Shown here: in pieces, positions 15,747 to 25,454 of the stretch
How positions within the stretch are numbered: the first letter of the stretch is position 1
Layout of the letters: each line of letters opens with the position of its first letter
Origin: a virus
Lineage: Duplodnaviria > Caudoviricetes
Length of the DNA: 57,230 nucleotides
Direction: 5' to 3' (one strand)
IMG/VR virus record: IMGVR_UViG_3300025327_000033
Location: 1-57,230 of that record
Made by a program: the position numbers and the translations under genes
Notes under the pieces: generated by a model
The model's input: only the letters and a program-made list of their open reading frames with translations
Told to the model about the DNA's origin: nothing
The model's database searches: none

Positions 15747-15991
15747 TCCCCACGCTCGCCGAACTCGAGGCCACGTTGCTGCGTCGCTGGCTGGGCTTCG
15801 CCGCCAGTGCCATCGGGGGCTCTGGCACCGGGGCTGCCCTGGGTGCCTCACTGACGGGCTTGTGCGGGCCCGCCGCAGGCTTGTTCATCCTGGCGGGCTG
15901 CGCGTCCGGCCTGCTGGTGTCGGCGCTCGTGCTGCTCTACTGGTCCGTCTCGCTTCGCCTGGCGTATCGCCGGGCCACAAAGGAGGTCTGA
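15743..15991 (+). CDS. Small membrane protein
   Basis: Hydrophobic segments; SD AGGAGG. Confidence 0.65.
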   Translation: MIPTLAELEATLLRRWLGFAASAIGGSGTGAALGASLTGLCGPAAGLFILAGCASGLLVSALVLLYWSVSLRLAYRRATKEV

Positions 15992-15992
15992 G

Positions 15993-16388
15993 TTGTCGCA
16001 CCCGCAGTACGTCTGCACTCGCTGTAGGTTGCCGATGCGCATGAACTCCATCGGCGTCGACGTCATTCTTTGCTTTCAGGATCCACCAGTACCCTACGAG
16101 TTGTGGACCGGCGACGAATGGGAGTGCCTCTCATGCGGATCCACGCTCGTTGCTGGCTGGTCCGCCACATGCACAGCGCACTTCGAACCCGACTTCGTTG
16201 CCAAGATCCGGCTCTGCCTGGAGGCGCGGCCCTTGAAGCTGCGCGTTGAATTCGAATCCCAGGCCGCTCAGCGCAATGCCATGGCGGCCATGGGCTTCGC
16301 CTACGCCGTAGAAGGCGGTGTCCGCCGGTTGTCCGATCAGCGTTTCGATCAGGCGTTCATTCGTCAGTGGCTGACGGTGCTGGCATGA
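15993..16388 (+). CDS. Zinc-ribbon hypothetical protein
   Basis: CTRC..CLSCG; SD AAGGAGG. Confidence 0.7.
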   Translation: MSHPQYVCTRCRLPMRMNSIGVDVILCFQDPPVPYELWTGDEWECLSCGSTLVAGWSATCTAHFEPDFVAKIRLCLEARPLKLRVEFESQAAQRNAMAAMGFAYAVEGGVRRLSDQRFDQAFIRQWLTVLA

Positions 16389-16425
16389 AGCAACCCCGTC
16401 CGATCCCGGTCGGGGGCACGCCCTG

Positions 16426-17187
16426 ATGGCCAGGCACTCGGCTATCGAATGGACCGACGCAACCTGGAATCCCTGGCGGGGCTGCTCTATGGTGAGCCCC
16501 GGGTGCGCTCGGTGCTACATGTTCCGCGATATGCGACGCTGGGGTCTCGATCCCGAAGTCGTGGTCCGCAGCTCGCTGAGTTCCTTCCTCCATCCACTGT
16601 CCTGGCATCGCTCGGCTACCCAGGGCGGGCTGTTCGTCTTCACGTGCTCGTTCTCTGACTTTTTTCACCCCCACGCCGACGCCTGGCGTCTCGAGGCCTG
16701 GGACGTCATCCGCCAGACGCCCGGGCTTACGTACCTCGTTCTCACGAAGCGCCCGGAGCTCGTTGCTGCCAGGTTGCCGCCTGGCTGGCCCGCTGGCTTC
16801 GAGCACGTCTGGCTCGGCGTCTCAGTGGAACTCCAAGCCTACGTCGGGCGCATCGAGACCATCCTCGAGGTGCCGGCCGCCATCCACTTCGTGTCCGCCG
16901 AGCCTCTGCTGGGGCCGCTGAATCTCGATCCCTTCCTGGTGGGATCACCACGGATCGACTGGGTCATCGCCGGCGGCGAGTCCGATCCGTCGGAGCGGGG
17001 TCCCCGATGGTGCGCGCCGGAGTGGCTGCGGTCACTACGCGACGACTGCCGGGCCACGCGCGTTCCCTTCTTCCTCAAGCAGCTCGGCGGTCGCACCCGG
17101 AGCGACGGATCCTGGGGCGGCCGCCTACTCGATGGTCGGTCGCACTCCGAGCGCCCGTCCGCCCGCACCCAAGGAGGTGCCTCATGA
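16426..17187 (+). CDS. DUF5131 (phage Gp37/Gp68) radical-SAM-like protein
   Basis: IEWTDATWNPWRGCSMVSPGCARCY; LTKRP; SAEPLLG; WVIAGGES; FFLKQLGG. Confidence 0.93.
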   Translation: MARHSAIEWTDATWNPWRGCSMVSPGCARCYMFRDMRRWGLDPEVVVRSSLSSFLHPLSWHRSATQGGLFVFTCSFSDFFHPHADAWRLEAWDVIRQTPGLTYLVLTKRPELVAARLPPGWPAGFEHVWLGVSVELQAYVGRIETILEVPAAIHFVSAEPLLGPLNLDPFLVGSPRIDWVIAGGESDPSERGPRWCAPEWLRSLRDDCRATRVPFFLKQLGGRTRSDGSWGGRLLDGRSHSERPSARTQGGAS

Positions 17188-17897
17188 CCGTTCTCGACGC
17201 GCCGGCCGAGGCCGGCATCATCCCTGGCCTCGAGGGTTATCCCGAGTTCAGGTTCGATCCCGTGCAGCTGGCCTTCATCGGTCAGGCCCCGCCTGGCTTC
17301 GGCGACCTCTCCCAGCTGGCGCGGGTCTTCGAAGACTTCGGCAACGCCGAGGGTTTCTACCGCGGCGACCTCCTGATGTACATGATCATCTGGCACGGCG
17401 AGGAGCGAGCCCTGCAGTTGTTCGATCCCCTGCACTGGCGCGTGAAGAGTTGGCAGAACTCGCTCTCCGTCGTCCGCCGCATGCCGCCCGACGACTGGCG
17501 CGAGGCCGATGGCGGCTTGTGGGTGCCGGCCCCTGGTCTACACACTCGCCGCCGGCAGGGCCCAACGTACTCGCACCATGCCGAGGTCGCCTACCTCGAT
17601 CCTGCAGCGCAGTCTAAGTTCCTGCAGTTGGCCATCGACAACGGCTGGTCCGTTCGCCAGCTGCGCGAACAGGTGCAGGCGGCCAAGCCTGCGAAGGATG
17701 GGGAGGGCGGGCAGCAGGTTGAGTTCCAGACCAACCCCATGTCCGTCCGGGCCTCGAAGCTCGCCGAGAAGGTCGAGCGCCTCTCGAAGGACTGCACGGT
17801 CACGGCCGCTGTTGTCTTGCTCGAGGAGGCAGCCGAGCGTCTGCGCCGCGCCAGTGTGCTCATTGCAAAGGATGGCGGGGATGACGAGTCTGAGTGA
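17184..17897 (+). CDS. LmbU-like DNA-binding protein
   Basis: RGDLL..YSHHAEVA..FLQLAIDNGWSVRQLRE. Confidence 0.65.
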   Translation: MTVLDAPAEAGIIPGLEGYPEFRFDPVQLAFIGQAPPGFGDLSQLARVFEDFGNAEGFYRGDLLMYMIIWHGEERALQLFDPLHWRVKSWQNSLSVVRRMPPDDWREADGGLWVPAPGLHTRRRQGPTYSHHAEVAYLDPAAQSKFLQLAIDNGWSVRQLREQVQAAKPAKDGEGGQQVEFQTNPMSVRASKLAEKVERLSKDCTVTAAVVLLEEAAERLRRASVLIAKDGGDDESE

Positions 17898-17950
17898 CGC
17901 CTTCTTGGATCCGCTTCCGTTTCCGCTGCCGAGCGGTCGGCCGTGATGCT

Positions 17951-18151
17951 GTGGCCTCCAAGCGCGCCGTCCGCCGGCGTCAGTGCCAGCGCAAATTCCG
18001 TTACCGGACCCAGGCATCGGCTGACGTCGATCGCCGACGCCTGATCCGCCAGGCCATCCGCGCTGGTCGCAACCCGCGACTAAACGTCTATCGCTGCCGC
18101 TGGTGTGGCGGCTGGCACGTCGGCCACTGGAAGTCAGGAGGTGTCTCGTGA
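17951..18151 (+). CDS. Small basic zinc-binding phage protein
   Basis: C..K.RY..YRCRWCGGWHVGH. Confidence 0.75.
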   Translation: MASKRAVRRRQCQRKFRYRTQASADVDRRRLIRQAIRAGRNPRLNVYRCRWCGGWHVGHWKSGGVS

Positions 18152-18576
18152 GCCGCGGACTACTCACAATCATCTGCGCTTTCTTCTACGGCGTCGGCGT
18201 GTTCTCCGGCCTGTTGCTCATGGGCGGGCCTTTCCGGCCCGCACCATCCGACGCTCCCCCCGTTGAACCGGCATCTACTCCAGTCACGGCGTGCTCGATG
18301 GAAGATCCCCTCGTCGTGGCCATGATGCAGGAGGCGATCCTGCAGACGGCCGATGTCATGAACGACCTGTGGTTGCCAGCGCTCGATCAGTGCCTGGCCG
18401 CGAAGACGGGTGCAGATCTCTGGCGATCAGAGGCGATCGGGTTGGCTCGCGGCTGGGTGAACTCGGATCAGCTTGCCGCTCGCGTCACGCAGATCGGTTA
18501 CGACCTTCTCTGGTGCATCTCCGTGGCCGCAGATCCCCTCGGGGATTGCTTGTCGATGCTGCATAGCACGCCCTAG
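18148..18576 (+). CDS. Membrane-anchored hypothetical protein
   Basis: N-terminal TM segment. Confidence 0.65.
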   Translation: MSRGLLTIICAFFYGVGVFSGLLLMGGPFRPAPSDAPPVEPASTPVTACSMEDPLVVAMMQEAILQTADVMNDLWLPALDQCLAAKTGADLWRSEAIGLARGWVNSDQLAARVTQIGYDLLWCISVAADPLGDCLSMLHSTP

Positions 18577-18578
18577 CC

Positions 18579-18737
18579 ATGCGTCGCTCGTTTCTCGTCG
18601 CGCTGTTCGTTGGCCTGTCAATCTCTTTCGGCGTAGCATCTGGCCTCCAGACCGTTGGTACGTCTCCGATGTGGGCTTTGGCCATCGGCTTCATGGCTGC
18701 CGGCCTGTTCATCGCCGTCGCCGACAAGGGGGACTGA
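18579..18737 (+). CDS. Small two-TM protein
   Basis: MRRSFLVALFVGL..WALAIGFMAAGLFIAV. Confidence 0.6.
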   Translation: MRRSFLVALFVGLSISFGVASGLQTVGTSPMWALAIGFMAAGLFIAVADKGD

Positions 18738-19178
18738 ATGGGCCTGATCTTCAGCCCCGAGCTCTTGCCTGGCGTGATGTCCGGAGCGAAGACGTGCACG
18801 CGCCGCCTGGCGCGTGCGACCGATTTGTTCTTCGGGCCGCACTGGACTGCCCTGTCCGTCGGGCTCGCCTGGGTGCGCCTCGCACCCGGCGGCAGCCTGT
18901 CCGGCGTGCTGAGCGTTCAGCGCGGAGCGCGCTTCCTGTGGGTCGTCGGTCGTACCTATGCCATCCTCCCTGGCCGCGGTCGCAAGGCCGTTGGCCGCCT
19001 GTACCTGACAGGGCTTCGCCTCGAGCCCGTGCAGTCCATTCTGGCCGCCGACGTCCGAAGCGAGGGCTTCCTGTTCCTCGAGGACTTCATGGCCACGTGG
19101 GATGCCCTTCATGGCGCGGGCCAGCGCTGGCAGGACAATCCCCTCGTGTGGGTGCTCGCGTTCAAGAGGATGCTGTGA
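18738..19178 (+). CDS. ASCH-domain protein
   Basis: SGAKTCTRR..EGF..W..NPLVWVLAF. Confidence 0.82.
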   Translation: MGLIFSPELLPGVMSGAKTCTRRLARATDLFFGPHWTALSVGLAWVRLAPGGSLSGVLSVQRGARFLWVVGRTYAILPGRGRKAVGRLYLTGLRLEPVQSILAADVRSEGFLFLEDFMATWDALHGAGQRWQDNPLVWVLAFKRML

Positions 19179-19747
19179 CTGGCTGGGGTGCCAGTTCACC
19201 ACCGCGCCGGGCCCGCAGATCCGCCGCCGGCCGCGGCAAGGGCTTCGAAGCCCTGGTGCAGCTGACGCTCGATCGCTACGCCAAGGCGGGCCTGCTCGTC
19301 GCCCGTCGCATCGACACCGGATCCCGGGCTGTGCGGCAGGGATCCCAGGTGCGCCTGATCCCGACGCCGTCGCCGCCGGACTTCGTAGCCGTTCTCGCGG
19401 GCGGCCGATCCATGGTGTTCGACGCCAAAGAGGAGCTCGACTACACGTGGTCCCTCGATCTGCGCGCCACGCATCAGCTGGAGTTCATGGCCAGGTGGGC
19501 GACCGCCGGTGCTCTTTGCTTCTTCCTCGTCGAATGCCGGCCGTTGTCCATCGTCGTCGCCCTGCGGGTCCCGCCCGGGCTGAGCGATGACCTCCGCTTG
19601 CGGCCTGCCGTGAACTTTCGCCGCCCCGAGACCTGCATCTGGCCCTACGTTGTCGTCCACAGCGATCCCTCGGCGTATGGCCAATACGACTGGCTCCCGG
19701 CCGTGCTCACTCGGTGGAACAAGCCGCTCGATCAGGACGTTGGCTAG
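19175..19747 (+). CDS. recU: RecU-like Holliday junction resolvase
   Basis: RGKGFE..PDFVAV..VFDAKE..HQLEFM. Confidence 0.82.
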   Translation: MTGWGASSPPRRARRSAAGRGKGFEALVQLTLDRYAKAGLLVARRIDTGSRAVRQGSQVRLIPTPSPPDFVAVLAGGRSMVFDAKEELDYTWSLDLRATHQLEFMARWATAGALCFFLVECRPLSIVVALRVPPGLSDDLRLRPAVNFRRPETCIWPYVVVHSDPSAYGQYDWLPAVLTRWNKPLDQDVG

Positions 19748-20193
19748 TGGGCGTTCAGGCCGGTTCAGAAAGGCCCGCCCTGCCGATCTATGCAGTATCG
19801 GGTGACACGGTGCGCCAGGCTCTCGCCGCCTTGCTGGGCCAGGCTCCAACCCGTTCGAGGTTCCGCTGGTTGGCGCGCCGGATGTCAGCGACTGCCGGCC
19901 GGGCCCGTCCATGGACTTGGCGCTACGTCTACTCAGTCCACCGCTCGCCAGCGTTCAGGGCCGGCCGGGCGTTCTCGGCCGCTGCCGTGGCTCTCGCGGC
20001 CGAACTCATCGACGGCGCTTCGCCGTTCTCGGCATGGGAGTCCCGGGAGGTATTCGTTCCACCGGGATCCCCCCTGCCATCGAGCGGTGGCATCGTGATG
20101 GGCCAGCGCAAGGACTGCCCGGTGTGTGGCCAGGTGTTCGTCCCCAACGTCCCATGGCGCACGAAGTGCCCGGCGTGCTCTCCCCATCGATGA
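19747..20193 (+). CDS. Hypothetical protein with C-terminal zinc ribbon
   Basis: CPVCG..FVP..CPAC. Confidence 0.7.
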   Translation: MGVQAGSERPALPIYAVSGDTVRQALAALLGQAPTRSRFRWLARRMSATAGRARPWTWRYVYSVHRSPAFRAGRAFSAAAVALAAELIDGASPFSAWESREVFVPPGSPLPSSGGIVMGQRKDCPVCGQVFVPNVPWRTKCPACSPHR

Positions 20194-20208
20194 GACCCTG
20201 AAAGCGAA

Positions 20209-20240
20209 GGGCCCCCGGGTTTCGCCCTGCCCGGGGGCCC
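20209..20240. terminator. Hairpin between convergent operons
   Basis: 11-bp stem gggcccccggg/cccgggggccc; U-rich tail on the minus strand. Confidence 0.7.
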
Positions 20241-20280
20241 AAGCACGTGGAGGAGAGCTCGCGCACCCGGCGCGGAACTC

Positions 20281-20649
20281 TTATCGCTTCGGAGCCAGCA
20301 GCGCCCCGACCTTCCCACCGATCCCGCCCAGCACGGGCTGAAGGAACTTGTCGTAGTACACCTGCGCCGCGACGCTGAGTGCCCCGGCCCATAAAATCAC
20401 CGCCGTGCCTGCGGCGAAGATCCCGCCAACAAACGCCACCGGGTCATCTGTCGTCGGCAGCGCCGGCAGGGCCAGCGGTGTATACACCGCTGTCACGGCG
20501 ATCGCTGCGCCAAAGCAGAGCCAGCGGATCACCTTGATGCTCGGCTTCGGCTGCTTGAACACGCCGATCCAGACGATGTTGATCGCCTGAACGAGCACCG
20601 ACGGCACGAACGGAACGATTGCGATCTCGACGATCTGCTGCCAGTCCAT
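20281..20649 (-). CDS. Holin-like 3-TM protein (internal start within ORF 20281..21609)
   Basis: SD AGGAGG plus ATG; three hydrophobic helices. Confidence 0.65.
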   Translation of the reverse strand: MDWQQIVEIAIVPFVPSVLVQAINIVWIGVFKQPKPSIKVIRWLCFGAAIAVTAVYTPLALPALPTTDDPVAFVGGIFAAGTAVILWAGALSVAAQVYYDKFLQPVLGGIGGKVGALLAPKR

Positions 20650-21525
20650 GTCCTGATGCCTCCTGGGCTCGGTTTCCGGCCCGTAGCATACTGCGGCTTT
20701 CGCCCGGCCACAAGTCGTGGACCGGGCGTCTGTCATGCCCTTGCTCTCTGTCTCTCCAGGCACCTCCTCGTCGGAACCCGGCGGTTCGAAGTCCGTCGGC
20801 TCCCATGTCTGCCCGGCGTCCAACACATCAGATTGGATCCACGGGATCCAGCATGCCAAGATGGTCTCGGCATACACCGCGCCTCCCCGCTGGCCGCACA
20901 CCTCTGGCCCCGTCCCGAACTGGGCAACGTTGCCGAGGCCGCACTGGTAGATGGCCAGCGCCGTTCGGCCGGCGTCCGAATACCAGAACTCGAGGTCCGC
21001 CTGGCGATGCTCCGCTATGACCAGGAGCGTCCAGTCGCCGCGGCCCTCATCGATCACCACCGCTCCCCGGGCTGCAAAGTCGAGGATGCGCAGCCCCTCG
21101 TAGATGTTCTTCCGGCTCTCCCACAAGTCGTTGGCTTCCTCGCAGCACCACAGGTACCTTGTTGGCATCACCTGGAAGAGACCTATCTCGCCAGCGGCAC
21201 CGCCAGCTGCCGGTGACCCGCGACTTTCGTGGGCGATGACAGCCAGGGCGACCACTCTGTTGGCCGCCCAATCGTCGTATCGTGGATCCTTCATGATCTT
21301 CCACCAGTGACGCAGGCGCGATGCCACGGTGTCGATCCACTCCTTGTCCATCCAGTCACTGGCGTCTGCATCGCATGGTAGATGGGGCGGCTCCGGGGTG
21401 GCCGTTGGGAACCACGTCGGGGTCGGTTGCCTGGTGTCAACGGCGCTTGGCGTGGCGGCCTCGCTGGTGCCGAGCCAGAACAACATGAATATCGCCGCCA
21501 GAACGAGCAACAGCGCGCAGTTCAT
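20281..21525 (-). CDS. Signal-anchored lytic transglycosylase (SLT), in frame with the downstream holin-like domain
   Basis: AHESRG, GLFQVMP, NIYEG, ALAIYQCG motifs; no stop before the holin part. Confidence 0.8.
   Translation of the reverse strand: MNCALLLVLAAIFMLFWLGTSEAATPSAVDTRQPTPTWFPTATPEPPHLPCDADASDWMDKEWIDTVASRLRHWWKIMKDPRYDDWAANRVVALAVIAHESRGSPAAGGAAGEIGLFQVMPTRYLWCCEEANDLWESRKNIYEGLRILDFAARGAVVIDEGRGDWTLLVIAEHRQADLEFWYSDAGRTALAIYQCGLGNVAQFGTGPEVCGQRGGAVYAETILACWIPWIQSDVLDAGQTWEPTDFEPPGSDEEVPGETESKGMTDARSTTCGRAKAAVCYGPETEPRRHQDMDWQQIVEIAIVPFVPSVLVQAINIVWIGVFKQPKPSIKVIRWLCFGAAIAVTAVYTPLALPALPTTDDPVAFVGGIFAAGTAVILWAGALSVAAQVYYDKFLQPVLGGIGGKVGALLAPKR
20685..20713 (-). promoter_or_regulatory. 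Possible internal promoter for the holin-like gene
   Basis: TTGTGG-17 nt-TATGCT. Confidence 0.4.
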
Positions 21526-21574
21526 GCCGGCCCTGGCGAGGCGCACGCGTGTGCTCCCGTCGTCGGGCACCCCG

Positions 21575-21907
21575 TCACTCCTCGCCATCGAGCCACCCCC
21601 AGGCCTCAAGTGTGTTGCCCTGCTTCGTCCACTTGACGCGCAACTTGTAGCGCCGGCTGGGCACCAAGTTGATGACCAGTGCCGTCGTGATCACGCCAGC
21701 GCTTTCGGTGGTGTTACCGCTCAGGTACTTCCCCCCGCCGCCGACCGCGGCGAGGTCCAGTCGGCGACCCTGGTCGTCCTCGATCTCGGTGCTGGGTGCG
21801 CTCACAGCACCCGTGCCTGGCCAGTCGGCGGTGTCGACGGTGTAGGCCACAGCTTCGTTCCTGCCCTGGCCCCTCGGGGTATTCTTCAGCTGCCTCGTCT
21901 GTGCCAT
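21575..21907 (-). CDS. Virion/tail-fibre adaptor-like beta protein
   Basis: EAVAYTVDTADW..RYKLRVKWT; lies in the structural module. Confidence 0.6.
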   Translation of the reverse strand: MAQTRQLKNTPRGQGRNEAVAYTVDTADWPGTGAVSAPSTEIEDDQGRRLDLAAVGGGGKYLSGNTTESAGVITTALVINLVPSRRYKLRVKWTKQGNTLEAWGWLDGEE

Positions 21908-21908
21908 A

Positions 21909-23444
21909 TCACACTCCCAGCTCGAGGTCTCTCGGCGGCAGGCGCATTGTAATCTCCCTGGGCGGCAGTTCGAGCGCCACGACCCGGGACGGCACAAACA
22001 GCGGCGTGGTGCCTTCGAAGGGGATCCCTGCGCTCTCCCATTGACCAGCGGCGGTTCCTGCGATCCCGAGCAGAGCCTCCCAAATGCCGGACGCCTGCTG
22101 CACCGCCCCCGATTGCAGAGCTTCCCATGCGCTGCTGCGGATCCCAGTGATGGTCGCCAGCGCCTCGTATTGGCCACCCGCAGTCTGGCTCGCGAATCCG
22201 AAGGCCTCGTGCAGGGCTGTGGCCTGGCCGGCTACGCTCTGCAGGCTCTCCCAGGATCCGGCTCGGGCGCTGGCTGTTGGCTGCGATGACTCGACTTGGC
22301 CAGTAGCCTGCGCCGTGGGCGCTGACAGTGCCTCGTGCTCGCCCGCCGACGCCTTGGCTGCGGGCCCAGCGGATTCCCACTGACCTGTCGCTTCCTGGGA
22401 GACTGCGCCCTCGACGACGAGGGATTCCCATTGGCCGGTGGCCGCCAGCGATGCCGAGGCCAAGCTCTCCCACGAATTGCTTCCTGCCAGGCTGACGGGA
22501 GCGACCGCCTCCATCTGCTCCGTCGCCGATTGTGTGACGGGCGCGCTGGCTTCCCATGCGCCCGCAGCCGTAAGCTGGGGTGCCACAAGGCTTTCGTGTT
22601 GTGCGGTCGCTGCCTGCTGCGCCGGCGACACCGCCTCGTGCTGGGCAACCACCGCCGGGCTCAGGCTGCCGGCGGCCTCGAATTGCAGTGTGCCCCCGGC
22701 GGTAATGCCCTGCAGGCTCTCCCACACGGCCGTGGCTGTTGCCTGCACGTCCTGCAGTCCCTCGTGCGCCCCAGCGGCCGTCTGCGCCAGTGGCTGCAGG
22801 CTCTCGTGTTGTCCAGTCGCAGTCGGGCTGAGACTCCCGGCCGCCTCTGACTGGCCTGTCGCGGTCGCGGCCAGGCCCAGCATGGCTTCGAACGCCCCGG
22901 CGCTCGCCGGGGCGAGACCGAACAGTGCTTCGTACTGACCGCCGGCGCTCGCCGTCGCCGGAAGGATCCACTCGAATTGCCCCGCAGCCGTCGTCGTCAC
23001 CACGCCCGAGGCTTCGAGCTGGGCATCCGCCTGCGCCGTCAGGCCCGTCAGGGCCTCGAGCTGCCCGGCTGCGGTTTGTGCCAGACCAAAGAGCGCCTCC
23101 AGCTGGGCGCTGGCGGTCTGTGCCGCCGGTTGCAGCGCCTCCAGCTGCCCACTGGCCGTCTGTGTCGCTGGCTGCAGCGCCTCCAGCTGGGCGCTGGCCG
23201 TTGGGTTGAGGCTGAATGCGGCTTCGAATTGACCGCCAGCGGTCTGTGCGGCGGCCGCCAGCCACTCGATCTGGCCACTCGCTATCTGCGAGAGCGATCC
23301 ATCCGCTTCGACCTGGCCGCTGGCCGTCGCGGCCAGCCCGAGGAGTGCCTCGTGCGCCCCCGAGCCAGCTTGCGCGACGTTCCCGTGGACGACCTTGTTC
23401 CGTCGCCTGATGAAGTCGCGCGGCCGCCGGTAGACCCACGCCAC
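21909..23444 (-). CDS. Fibre-like protein built from ~15-aa repeats
   Basis: Repeat unit TAxGQ(W/H/L/F)E(A/S)L throughout. Confidence 0.75.
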   Translation of the reverse strand: MAWVYRRPRDFIRRRNKVVHGNVAQAGSGAHEALLGLAATASGQVEADGSLSQIASGQIEWLAAAAQTAGGQFEAAFSLNPTASAQLEALQPATQTASGQLEALQPAAQTASAQLEALFGLAQTAAGQLEALTGLTAQADAQLEASGVVTTTAAGQFEWILPATASAGGQYEALFGLAPASAGAFEAMLGLAATATGQSEAAGSLSPTATGQHESLQPLAQTAAGAHEGLQDVQATATAVWESLQGITAGGTLQFEAAGSLSPAVVAQHEAVSPAQQAATAQHESLVAPQLTAAGAWEASAPVTQSATEQMEAVAPVSLAGSNSWESLASASLAATGQWESLVVEGAVSQEATGQWESAGPAAKASAGEHEALSAPTAQATGQVESSQPTASARAGSWESLQSVAGQATALHEAFGFASQTAGGQYEALATITGIRSSAWEALQSGAVQQASGIWEALLGIAGTAAGQWESAGIPFEGTTPLFVPSRVVALELPPREITMRLPPRDLELGV

Positions 23445-23891
23445 TCAACCGATCTCCTCGAAGATCATGCCAGCCGAAATGTTGATCGAGGCCGCGGGCG
23501 CTACCGCGAACCGCACTGCCAGGATGCCGGACGGCGCGACAACGATCCTTGCTTCTGGCACCGGCACATAGAACCACCCGTTCAGGATGTTGAACCCTTC
23601 CCGGCGTAGCTCGTCGCCTAGAGTGCCCTCCGCTGACATGTTGGTCCGGCACGTCCCGCCGAACGCCGCATCGCTCGGATTCAGTAGCCGGGCCGTGAAT
23701 GCAGTTCCCGTGCCCGCCGCTGACTTCCTCACAATCGACGCCACCTCCTGCGTGCTCGTCTCGCTGCCGTCCTGGCTGATCCACGCCTCGATGAGCCGCA
23801 GGATCGCATCACTCGGCGCAGTGACCTCCACGAGGCTCCTCTGTGTCGAGACGGCGACGCTCTCCATTTCTGCTACGTAGATTCGTCCCAT
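23445..23891 (-). CDS. Putative virion structural protein
   Basis: Beta-rich; ends FEEIG; structural module. Confidence 0.65.
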   Translation of the reverse strand: MGRIYVAEMESVAVSTQRSLVEVTAPSDAILRLIEAWISQDGSETSTQEVASIVRKSAAGTGTAFTARLLNPSDAAFGGTCRTNMSAEGTLGDELRREGFNILNGWFYVPVPEARIVVAPSGILAVRFAVAPAASINISAGMIFEEIG

Positions 23892-23903
23892 GCCTATCTC
23901 CTC

Positions 23904-25436
23904 TCAGGCCGCGAGGCGCAAGGGCAGTTCATCGCCGCGCCGCGGCTTCATCGTGATCGGCGTGTTTCGCGCCCGCCGCGGCCTGGTGCTTGGCGGGAAG
24001 GTGACGCCGCTAGAGCTGTATTCGATGTGGAGCTTGGCGGCAGTGGTTGTCGAGTTGTTGTATGTCAGAACACCCAAATCACGATTCGAATTTGAGGTGT
24101 GCTGCTCAAAGATCAGTACCAGGGCATTGTTTTCGGCCCATCCCCCCTGGTCTACAATCTCCTGAATGATTGCCTTGATGTCAGCACCGGATGTTGGGCT
24201 GCCGTTGGGTGCTCCCCACTGCCATTCCTCTCCAGCAGTAGCCCCAAGGTCAGTTGAATCCCAATTGATTGTCGCCGTCGTCCTAGTGCGTCCATCTATA
24301 TCGTTGGCATTTGTGGTGAATGTCCCTGGATTGGCGGCCAATTCCCCACGTAATTGATGTTGTGGCTCATCCGTGGTGGTGGCTTGAATGAATACGCTCA
24401 TCCAAGCACTATCAATAGTGGCTCCGACTGGAACGCCAACTGTTGTCCAGCGATTGCCACCATGTTCTGTAGTTATATCTACGATGTAGTTGGCTCCAGT
24501 CAACAAGACCGAATCATTTGTTGCCTGAACAGCGTCGTCGGAGTCTGCCCCAACCTGCTCGTCAATCGTCACGTCAATTTCAACAGGATAATCCGCCGCT
24601 TGAAGCCAAGAGATCGGGATGCGATGCTCGACAAACAGGTTAGGCCCGGTCCTGCGAAGTCTGAACGTCCCGATCAGCTCATCCGGGTCCTGATCCTCGA
24701 CCGGCGCAGCGTTGGATCGCGGCAGGTTGAAGCTCCACAGGACTTCGCCCGTTGTGCTGTGACGGAACTCGACATAGCCCTGAGTATCGACCGGATTGTT
24801 GACCGCCCGGTTCCACAGGACACCATTCACGAAGATGTCGATGCCGTTTGAGACTTGGAAGATGAACTGCAACCGGGCGACTGGATTGCCGCCTGCGATG
24901 ATCTGAGCGGTTGGAGCAGGCCACCGTGAAGCCTGATCCACAATCAGGCGCTTGTCCAGGCGTGCGGTCTGCGCCTGCCAGCGGATGTCCATACCCGGCC
25001 CGAATGCGCCCTGCCACAACAGGACATCCTCGTTCTGTACGACTGCACTCACCGACTGCGGGTTGGCGATAGCCTGAATCTGGTCTAGGTCGTTCGTGTA
25101 CTGGAGTTGCTGGGGCTGGAAGGCGATGCTCTCGCCAGTCCCCGGATGGACGTACTTGACGATCTGGCCCGAGGAGAAGTCGGCCAGGGCGAATGCGTTG
25201 TAGCCAGCCTGCACCATCTGGAAGTCCCAGGGCGCAACGCCGGGCTGCCACGCGGTGTTGATCTCCTGATCCTCGGCAGGCCCATAGTGCATCGGGCCAA
25301 TGCCGATGTCCAGCATGAACTTGCTTGGAATCGTTGGGTGCTGGTGCTTGATAGAGTTGCGGAGACGCGCAACAACCGTGGCACCAGGCCACAGTTGTTG
25401 AGCCCTATCCCTGGCTTCCTTCGCAGGATGCGCCAT
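23904..25436 (-). CDS. Putative tail/receptor-binding protein with a low-GC C-terminal beta-sandwich domain
   Basis: SDDA..VPVGATIDSA..NALVLI..AAKLHIEY (DNRLRE/CBM96-like pattern). Confidence 0.65.
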   Translation of the reverse strand: MAHPAKEARDRAQQLWPGATVVARLRNSIKHQHPTIPSKFMLDIGIGPMHYGPAEDQEINTAWQPGVAPWDFQMVQAGYNAFALADFSSGQIVKYVHPGTGESIAFQPQQLQYTNDLDQIQAIANPQSVSAVVQNEDVLLWQGAFGPGMDIRWQAQTARLDKRLIVDQASRWPAPTAQIIAGGNPVARLQFIFQVSNGIDIFVNGVLWNRAVNNPVDTQGYVEFRHSTTGEVLWSFNLPRSNAAPVEDQDPDELIGTFRLRRTGPNLFVEHRIPISWLQAADYPVEIDVTIDEQVGADSDDAVQATNDSVLLTGANYIVDITTEHGGNRWTTVGVPVGATIDSAWMSVFIQATTTDEPQHQLRGELAANPGTFTTNANDIDGRTRTTATINWDSTDLGATAGEEWQWGAPNGSPTSGADIKAIIQEIVDQGGWAENNALVLIFEQHTSNSNRDLGVLTYNNSTTTAAKLHIEYSSSGVTFPPSTRPRRARNTPITMKPRRGDELPLRLAA

Positions 25437-25454
25437 CTAACCCCGGGACGCGGT

